A stretch of 64,000 bases of DNA. Origin: Octopus vulgaris (Eukaryota). The first letter of the stretch is position 1, and every line of letters starts with the position of its first letter. The stretch is from assembly GCA_951406725.2 (NCBI GenBank), contig OX597825.1:22692001-22756000 (forward strand), given 5' to 3'. Under the pieces are notes generated by a model. That model was not told where the DNA came from. It worked only from the letters and a program-made list of their open reading frames with translations, and ran no database searches. A program made the translations under genes and the position numbers. Shown here one piece after another: positions 54,844-64,000 of this stretch.

Positions 54844-57112
54844 GGTGGTTCCTTCTAAGATTCTAAGACCCGTAAGCCGACTGTGTGGATACCGCATAGT
54901 GGCATAGTGGTACAAGGGAGACAATCCCTTGCGCTTGACCTTTCTTCTTTGCCTGGGTGTTTGAAAACAAGACATGAAGCCTTTTTGCCCCTACATTCTG
55001 AAGAGAAGTTATAGGCCACCGGCGATTATGGTTCTGCCGATACTTATGTAGAGTTAAGCGCTTTTTGGACGCGAAACTAAATGATCCTATAAGGCGGTCC
55101 TAACATTTTCTCTCTCTGTCTCTCAGTCTCACTCTCTTACTCTCTCTCTCTCTTTCTTTATATATATATATATATATATATATATGCAGAGAGAAAGAGA
55201 GAGAGAGAGAGAGACTGATGATTGAGTGTGCCCCCGGTTCAATTCAAGCATGTGGTGTAGATAAGCTAAGCGAAGTATCGGTATGCCTCACTCCTGAATG
55301 TTTCTTCTCTCTATGACTTTCAGATGTTTTAATACGCACTGCTTTGGCAAATGGAAAAATATTTAATTTATACACAGTGTGTTTCAACGTGGCACTGGCC
55401 AGCTTTGGATACAGGCACATACTTCAGTATTCAAATAAGAATAGGATAAATAACGAATATAAAAAATGGTTATAAAGAAAATGAGAAAACTTAGGGAAAC
55501 GAGGATACTAATGAACACAAATTTATGTAAATGTTAGTGTTCCTATTGCAGAATGGGAAAAAAAAACATCAAGAATCAGAATTAGATACTCAGGTAATAA
55601 TAAATACAAAAACACAGATTGTAGGAAGGCAATTGGAAATAGGAAGAAAATAACGACTGTAATTCCAATCAGAATAACTCTACTAAGGATGAGAAAGATT
55701 ACACTAAACCTAACATTAAATCGAATAAAAGTAACATCATATTTTTTTATTAAATATTTAGATTACATGTGGCATCTAAAATTGCTTCTGAATTTTTCTT
55801 TGTTTTAGACAGACACTTTCCTAAAATTTATAGGTATTATATTTAACTGGCAGATGGTGAAAATGCCATTTGCGACATTATATAATCTTGAATACCATAT
55901 TCACAAACTAAAAAAATAGAAAGCTAAATGAGGTAAGAATAAACTTTAAAAATATCGCCCAAAATAGCGAAGGCCCAGGATGTAGGAGAGGCGGTAATGC
56001 TGGAGTGTGAAACCATAACTCTGTATATACCGAGGGAATGAAAATATATATGTGTATATGGGTGCAGGTAAATAAATATTTTCCAGTGTGACGGGCATCT
56101 TTTAATGATTGATAAAACGATTGTGATTGGTGCCAAGACAACTGAATTTAAGTTTCACAAGTGGCCTGACAGACAAATTGGTGCCCCGCTCGTATAATAA
56201 GGCGACTACCAGTCTTCTTACGGAAACCATTTACAAATAATAGAGATGAGGAATACTTTTGGTCTACATGCTGATATATCAGAGTATGAATCTACCAGGA
56301 TAAAAAATAGACATGCTTATTATAGAATAGATTTTTAAAAGAGAATTTTAGGTTTGGTTCATTCATATTTAAACTTTTGATTTTTATTTTCATTAACTAA
56401 TGTTGATATATTTGTTTTGTGATTTTTTCCACTGTTATAACTATATTTTTTCTGTAATATGTTTATTTGATTCTATAAGTTACTTAGTATAGAGTTGCTA
56501 AAAATGCAACGGGGTATAAAACGATGAAAAAGTGAACGTCATCTAGCTATGCTATCAAAACCACTAACATGCCGATAACAGGCGATAACATGCCGGTGCA
56601 CATAGGCTGCTGAATCGTATTTATTTATGATATTACTTGTTCTATTTATAGAATTTCTGTTTCGAATAGTCGCAATGTAGAATCCATATGTTTATTTTGA
56701 ATTCTTTCATTATCTATTGATATCATCAAAAGTTAAATGCAGAACTGTTTTTTTAAAGAATATTATATTTTTTCTTAACGCTCTTTTTCTAATAGCTTCG
56801 TCTTTTTGACTTTAACCAATTTTGGATTGACTTCATAACGTTGTGCTAACATACGTTTTGGGATATATTAATTTGACAGATATTTTCGTGTGTGTATGAG
56901 TCTCTATCTCTCAAATTCACCTATAAGGAATTGGCCGGCACATAACTTTAGCAGAAAGCACTTTTCGAATGTGCCGCATGGTGGGATTCAACACAAAACT
57001 ATAAAATTTATAAAAACTAAATATATACAGACATATGTTTCATGCTCCAACATATTCGTTTCGAAGTTTTACAGAACGTCAGTAATCTCGTGTGACGTGT
57101 GCGAGTTGATGA

Positions 57113-57265
57113 CATCGAACCCATTGATTAACTGGTTTTTATTTTATCGACCAGAAAGGCTGAAATGCTTAGGCAACCCCGGCGAAATTTGAACCCAGAA
57201 CATAAAGACGGACTTAATACCGCTAAGCATTTTATCCAGCGAGTCAACCCCTCTACCAGCTCGCT
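57113..57265 (-). mobile_element. Degenerate SINE family B
   Basis: GAAATTTGAACCCAGAAC...CCGCTAAGCATTT...CCAGCTCGC. Confidence 0.65.
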
Positions 57266-58684
57266 GGTCCACTCAATAAATAATAAGAAAAATACACGAT
57301 CAATGCGGTGCCCTAACATGACGGCAGTCTAATAACTGAAAAATGTAAATAATAAAAGTTATGTCCCCAATATATCTTGCTAGTCCTTTTGGCAACACTT
57401 TGTATTTTAGAATTAATGAAAGGGTTTTAGTTCCAAAATAAAAAAGAAGAGAGAATTATTTGCCTCATTTAAGCTCATATTTGTTTTCCCACGAATGCAA
57501 TTTATATTCATGAAGAAAACTGGCGATTCAATGCTTTGTGGATTTGGCATTCAAGGCAATGATATTTGCTGACCTTTCTCATAATAAAGAATCCAAAAAT
57601 TATTCAAGGTAATTCAATTTCGAATTAAAATATTCTTGAATCAAGTCGAAAGACAGCATTGCAGTTTTATCATCCTTAATATCGCGACCCATTGACAATG
57701 TTCCATAATTTAGTAATATTCTCAAGTGCTTGATACTAACATTAATATTAGAATATTTGTTATTTTTAAGATTGTTTTAATAAAGATGTTGATGTTAGAA
57801 AATATTAACATAATTATACCATATACAGAGGGTTATTATTGAGTTATATTCGCTTAGTTTGGAATTAAAATACAGTTGGTATGAAATTTTCATTCAGTTA
57901 TTTATAGACGTTAAAATATAATGTCGTGCATGACAATGTTTGACAGATCCATCCTTCACAAATATGAATTGGTGTATCTGTTATAAATTATTATTATATA
58001 AGTTATAGTGAAGGAAATATAATGGCTTTCTTAATTATCATTAACTAATTATTTACATTGTTTGTTCAAAATCTCATTGGAACTGGCTTTCAATTCCAAG
58101 ACTAGAATGCGAATGGCATTAGCATTAATTGAATAGTGGCATAACATTACGAAACTACAGCAAGACAGACATAGATATGTGATAAGGATTTCCCATCATA
58201 AAAAAAGGTCTCAGGGCTTGACGTCAGGCATATGTAATATAGCGTCATACTGACCAGTGACTTGAGAATAGAATTTATTTGATGGACGTAAAACACAAGT
58301 CCATCATACACATCAAACAAAAACGCACACATATATTAAGAATGTATGTATGTGTGTGTGTGTGCAAGCAAGTATGTATAGGTGTATACGTAAGTACGTT
58401 AACGTATATAGATTATAAGTAAGTATGTATAGCAGTATACGTACGTACGTTAGTGCATATTTTTAACGGACGTTAATGTGTATAAATAGATAGATATGGG
58501 CAATATTTCAAATTTCCCATCATGTCACTCGCGTGTACGTACGTATGGATATATGTATGCATTATATACACTAATGTGTCGATATACGAGTTAATTTGTT
58601 TCTGCTCGTAAACTGAACACCCGTAAAACAGAGCAATAATATCCCATAGGAGTAATGTTATAAATCGTAATTTGTATCTAGACG

Positions 58685-58724
<40 letters not shown>

Positions 58725-58745
58725 CATATATATACATATATATAC

Positions 58746-58792
<47 letters not shown>

Positions 58793-58803
58793 TATATACA
58801 TAC

Positions 58804-58846
<43 letters not shown>

Positions 58847-58851
58847 TATAC

Positions 58852-58894
<43 letters not shown>

Positions 58895-58899
58895 CTTTG

Positions 58900-58927
<28 letters not shown>

Positions 58928-58931
<4 letters not shown>

Positions 58932-59015
58932 TGTTGGTTTATTGCTAACTTAATGTAGCAGTCCCACGAAAGGAAAGAATGCTACTGCTATTTACCCTCA
59001 AGAAACACTGTTTCT
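58928..59015 (-). repeat. Relative of the 43783-44266 element
   Basis: TTAATGTAGCAGTCCC..AGGAAAGAATGCTACTGCTATTTA..GAAACAC matches the reverse complement of about 43835-43921. Confidence 0.65.
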
Positions 59016-59518
59016 AGTTGGCTACGTGACACAAGCGTTCTTCGCCCTTAAGTTTTCAAGCAGGGAAGATAAGCAATACAACCTAACAAAGCCAGCATTC
59101 AGAGGTAGTTAGTTTCAAGGTAGTTACAATTGTAAATTTAACCGGAATATATTCAGTGCGGAATTTTGTTCTGAATAAATACGTGTACCGAGATACAATT
59201 CGAAAAACCCGCCTCTTACATTGATATATAAGTGTGAACAATTCTATATACTATGCTGGATACATTTTGCTGTTCCTCTGGCATGTTGATTTTTTTGTTC
59301 ATTTTTATATGTCTTCATTATGCTTGCACTGACGATTAAAAAAAGTGCATCATGCGCACTAATTATGTAATCATATGATTTGCAGCTGAATCTGGTTTTA
59401 AAAGGTTCGCTTTGAGAGTTGCATTTCCTCGCATTCGGTTCAAAATGTGTTTATTATGGTAATTTTGACTTCAAGAGTCCATCCTAGCGTGAGTCATTTA
59501 TGTATAGTAATGCCTTTA

Positions 59519-59612
<94 letters not shown>

Positions 59613-59768
59613 ATTGACAGGGCTTACTGCTAGGGAGTCGGCCGTATGCTAGAAATAGACCATCAACGATCAAACTACAAGGAAATTCTCTAGAAGAAAA
59701 ATACAGCGAACACCAGAACCAAATTTGGCGGGCAGGACAGATGAAAATTTATATAAAAAACAGAATTA

Positions 59769-59844
59769 AATGCATACCCCGGTTTCGGCCTTTAACAAAA
59801 GAATTACTTACGTAATTCAAATATCCGTGCTTCTTCAGTGCATT
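59769..59844 (-). ncRNA. Type I hammerhead with extended stem II, copy 1
   Basis: AATGCA-CTGAAGA-[long stem II]-GAAA-CCGGGG-TA-TGCATT. Confidence 0.75.
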
Positions 59845-60308
59845 CGTTCATTGTAATGTAAACTGAAAAAAACTAACCCCAGCTTTCCGTGCCAGTACAG
59901 ACACGTGTATAGTTTTACCGATTACACTAGTGATAACATTTCAAATGTCTTGGTTCTGGCGCGCTAATAAATTCCTGAGGCGAAGGGCTGCAGTAAATAA
60001 TTCACTGCGGTTGGTGCTTACTACAAGAGAACGTATTTATTTCAATATTTAAATAATGAGGGAGATAAATTAATATTAATTTTAATATCAATTTAAAACC
60101 AGTAGTCCAGCATACAAAAAATCTGAGAAGTCAGAGAAAATTCTAATATATGTGTAAATTGGCAGGGCTTACTGCTAGGGAGTCGGCCGTATGCTAGAAA
60201 TAGACCATCAACGATCAAACTACAAGGAAATTCTCTAGAGGAAAAATACAGCGAACACCAGAACCAAATTTGGCGGGCAGATGAAAATTTATATAAAAAA
60301 CAGAATTA

Positions 60309-60384
60309 AATGCATACCTCGGTTTCGGCCTTTGACAAAAGAATTACTTACGTAATTCAAATGTCCGTGCTTCTTCAGTGCATT
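60309..60384 (-). ncRNA. Type I hammerhead with extended stem II, copy 2
   Basis: AATGCA-CTGAAGA-[long stem II]-GAAA-CCGAGG-TA-TGCATT. Confidence 0.75.
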
Positions 60385-60538
60385 CGTTCATTGTAATGTA
60401 AACTGAAAAAACTTCCCTAGCAGTAAGCCCTGCCAATATACACATATATTAGAATTTTCTCTGACTTCTCAGATTTTTTGTATGCTGGACTACTGGTTTT
60501 AAATTGATATTAAAATTAATATTAATTTATCTCCCTCA

Positions 60539-60585
<47 letters not shown>

Positions 60586-60663
60586 TACGCATTTGGAAGC
60601 CACAATTCTTGTCTTTTATGTTTATGTTATTATCATAATCATCCTCAATATAATTATCATTAA

Positions 60664-60825
60664 GGCGGCATGTTTGCAGAATTGATTGCATTCCGGACAA
60701 AATGCTTAACGGCGTTTCGTCCCGCTTTGCGTTCTTATTTCAAATTCAGTCGAATTCCACTTTACCTTCCATTCTTTTGTGCTCGTTAAAATGAGAACCA
60801 CTTTTCGATTGTGGTCGCTGTAATT
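60664..60825 (+). mobile_element. Degenerate SINE family B
   Basis: GGCGGCATGTTTGCAGAA...AAATGCTTAACGGCGTTTCG. Confidence 0.55.
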
Positions 60826-60831
60826 ATTACT

Positions 60832-60893
<62 letters not shown>

Positions 60894-61264
60894 TATCATT
60901 ATTATTATTTTTTTTTTTATTATTATTATCATCTTTCAGTCAACTAATAAATGTAATAAATAAAAATATATTGAAGCGGAAATTACCATTTGTCTTATCT
61001 TTTGTTTTGTTTTTTGGAAATGAAATTTTATTGAAAATTTTCCTTTAACATTTAATAAATATTGAGAAATATATCCAGAGGAACTTCCCTTTGTTGTTAT
61101 ATTTATTTTTTTTTATTTTTTGTTTTTTATTATTATTCAAATATTAGTGCTTCGATCTGACTTCTTTTCATATTTCAGACAGTCATATGTCTTTGCCATA
61201 TATCATATTCAATCGTCATAAAAAAGTATAATCGACAGCTATCAATATAAAATAATAATAGACA

Positions 61265-61414
61265 GATATAAATACAAAATAATGATTTATATCATACTAG
61301 CATTAAAGACCCGTCGTTGCCGGGTCATAGTGCTAGTGCGATATAAATACAAAATAATGATTTATATCATACTAGCATTAAAGACCCGTCGTTGCCGGGT
61401 CATAGTGCTAGTGC
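61265..61414 (+). repeat. Exact 2 x 75-bp tandem duplication containing a Helitron-like terminal hairpin
   Basis: ACTAGCA-TTAAA-GACCCG-TCGTTGC-CGGGTC-ATAG-TGCTAGT in each unit. Confidence 0.9.
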
Positions 61415-62269
61415 ATGTATATATGTGTACATATTACATGTACAGCTATATATATACATCTACACATAATATGCAAAATACAAAGTTATATCCTGCTATC
61501 GCTAATGATAACAATGCTCAAAATATATAACAGACTGGAATTGTTAGCTCTTCTTTTTTCTCTACATTGTATACTTTATAGACAAGTCTTTTCTTTAATT
61601 TAATTTTTTATTATCCATCTGGAATATTCCATTTCTGCACGCTAATTTTATTTTTAATTTAATTCCCATTCATGTGAAACCACTTATTCAAGTTCAAATC
61701 ATTGATGCAATTTTATACCAATTGCTATTTTTACTTATATTATACTTTAGTTTGATTTTAATTTATTACTTACTACATATAATTCAATTGTTATTATTAT
61801 TTTTATTGTTAAAGTGAAAGCATCTGACATAAAATTGAGAAATATTTTTGTTTCACTTTTAACACGTAATACTGAAATAGTGGAGAAGATATGATATTGC
61901 TATGGGCTCGCTCTAGGCACGAAGTTGAACATTTTTTTTTGCCCATGAAACTACATGGACCGTAAGTAAGGCATGTGTAAAATTTGAATGAAATTGGTTG
62001 TGTAGTTCTCAAGTTTTAGGGAATCGTAGTGGAGAAGATATGTTATTGCTGTGGGCTCGCCCTAGGCAAAAAGTTAGTAGTGGAGAAGATATGATATTGC
62101 TATGGACTCGCTATAGGCAGGAAGTTGAACATTTTTTTGCCGATGACACTCCCCGGACCCTAAGTAAGGCATATGTAATATTTGAATGAAATTGGTTGTG
62201 TAGTTCTCAAGTGTTAGGGAAACACACAGACAGACAGACACACATTCTCAGTTTTATAAATATAAAGAT
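61370..62269 (-). mobile_element. Non-autonomous Helitron-like element with internal sub-repeats
   Basis: Minus-strand 5' end A|TCTTTATATTTATAAAA followed by (GTCT)n; TAGTGGAGAAGATATG repeated three times; CTAGT end near 61370. Confidence 0.6.
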
Positions 62270-62437
62270 TCGTCCCTCATATAAATAGTGAATTAAATAC
62301 AACTTGAACTATATGATTCGGCTGCAGGATCCGGCACACTGATTCCATTGAAGGTCATTTAGTTACAAACGAGGTCATTGTTTCGCTGCGCAACAATATA
62401 TTTATGAATCAATTCCAACTGAATTCCTTCTATATTA

Positions 62438-62922
62438 TTGCATAAGATCTGGTCATCAAATCTAAGTAGAGACTTCAAACTTGAAATCTTCAAAGCCACA
62501 GTCGAACCAATTCCACTATATGGCTCAGAAACCTGGACGTTATCAAAGAAGCTTGAGAGGCGGTTGGATGGAACCTACACTCGCCTCCTTATGAGATCTC
62601 AAAACCTCTCGTGGAAGCGCCATTCAACCAAAATGCAAATCTATGGGAAACTACCACCTGTGTCATCTCTTGTGAAAGTTAGGAGAGTCCAGTTTGTTGG
62701 ACATTGTTGTAGAGCTGAAAAAGAAGTAATTTCTACTCTTCTCCTCTGGAAGCCATCTACTCGCAATACAAGAGGGCGCACACTCTCCTACCCTGATGTT
62801 AGCTCCAGGGATACAGGCATCCAGCAACAGGACCTCCGTAATGCCATGATGGACCGTGAAGTCTGACGTAGCATGGTAAATTCCATTGTCTCGACTACGG
62901 TCGAACAATGATGATGATGATT
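62438..62922 (+). mobile_element. RTE-clade LINE 3' end
   Basis: LYGSETWTL...RLDGTYTRLL...RRVQFVGH...AMMDREV*, (TGA)n tail. Confidence 0.88.
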
Positions 62923-63172
62923 GCTATCCGTCTAGGGGAAGCTGAGAAGTTTATTTTGACGCTTCGCTCGCACGATAATTCATTTGGTGGATAGCTGAAT
63001 TATTTCCTCATTAGGTTGTAGTACAAGGAATTATTACAAGGAATAAATCCTGGGGTCGATTTCTTTGACTAAAGACTGTGCTCCAGTATGTCCTTACTCA
63101 CATGACCGAAACAAGTGAAATAATTTTTAAAAATCATGCCATTTTAATCCTGAATACCGGTTATCTCTGCTA

Positions 63173-63212
<40 letters not shown>

Positions 63213-63377
63213 CTTATATATATATATATTTATATATCCAATTTTATATATATATATATATTATATTAAATTAGAGATAAAACCACTATTAAGCAAATCA
63301 AACAATGAAAAACATAAGCCAATACATATTAATTAATGCATATTTTTTAAAATTATATCACTTTAAAAGTTTAATAA

Positions 63378-63444
<67 letters not shown>

Positions 63445-63545
63445 TTATATATTTATATATATTTCATTAAAATACATATTCATTTATATATATAAATACA
63501 TTTTTATATATATATATATATATATACATAAATACATATATATAT

Positions 63546-63597
<52 letters not shown>

Positions 63598-63627
63598 GTA
63601 CACATGCTCACATATACAAACTTTTTG

Positions 63628-63718
63628 GTAAATTAAATACCAGTTGCGTACTGGGGTCGATCTGATCGACAGGTTCCCTCCCCCAAAATTTTGGGCCTTG
63701 TGCCTTGAGTAGAAAAAA
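63628..63718 (+). mobile_element. SINE family B 3' fragment
   Basis: TACCAGTTGCGTACTGGGGTCGATCT...GGCCTTGTGCC. Confidence 0.65.
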
Positions 63719-64000
63719 TATGTGTAGATTTATCTACTTAGAATTTTGATGTTCCTCCAAAAGGTATAGACACATTTATATATACATTATGTGTGTGTTT
63801 TTGTGTGTGTGTCTGAGTGTGTGTCTGTGCGTGTGTGTGTGTAGGTGTATACGTGTCTATGTTCCTGTATATGCTTGTTTATTTCGCTACCCTTGCTAAT
63901 GACCGATTCAAAAGTAAATTTAATGGCCATGTCTACTAATGAAAGGACGCATAAATTCCTACGACTTTTCTCCATTAGTGACTTTCGTTAGGAGAGCAAC

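Larger units (their letters stand above)
59612..60545 (-). mobile_element. Non-coding Penelope pseudo-LTR/retrozyme-like element: 546-bp unit, partial tandem copy and inverted segment
   Basis: Direct repeats 59612-59873 and 60158-60412; 60414-60545 is the reverse complement of about 60050-60181; inserted in microsatellite. Confidence 0.85.

Overview
AT-rich, microsatellite-dense eukaryotic DNA, most likely an octopod cephalopod (Octopus-like SINE repertoire), from an intergenic or large intronic region. I find no intact host protein-coding gene; most listed ORFs are microsatellite read-throughs. The window is a layered set of decayed transposons: Tc1, pogo/Tigger and mariner transposase relics; Penelope-like RT and GIY-YIG fragments; CR1/L2-type and RTE LINE pieces; R4/Dong-type 3' ends sitting in (TAA)n tracts; a Hero-like 3' end; non-autonomous Helitrons; and many tRNA-derived SINEs of at least three families. 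The most striking signal is a high density of hammerhead-ribozyme (HHR) motifs in short non-coding repeats with Penelope-style direct-plus-inverted layout (about 5.1/5.5, 10.3, 12.7, 13.7-13.9, 44.1 and 59.8/60.3 kb). Two stand out: a hammerhead with all core nucleotides present but in rearranged, pseudoknotted order in the 3' UTR of the Hero-like element (19.0 kb), and a tRNA-headed SINE carrying a minimal HHR in a head-to-head palindrome (5.0-5.6 kb). All structures were inferred by eye, element boundaries are approximate, and nothing was computed or searched.
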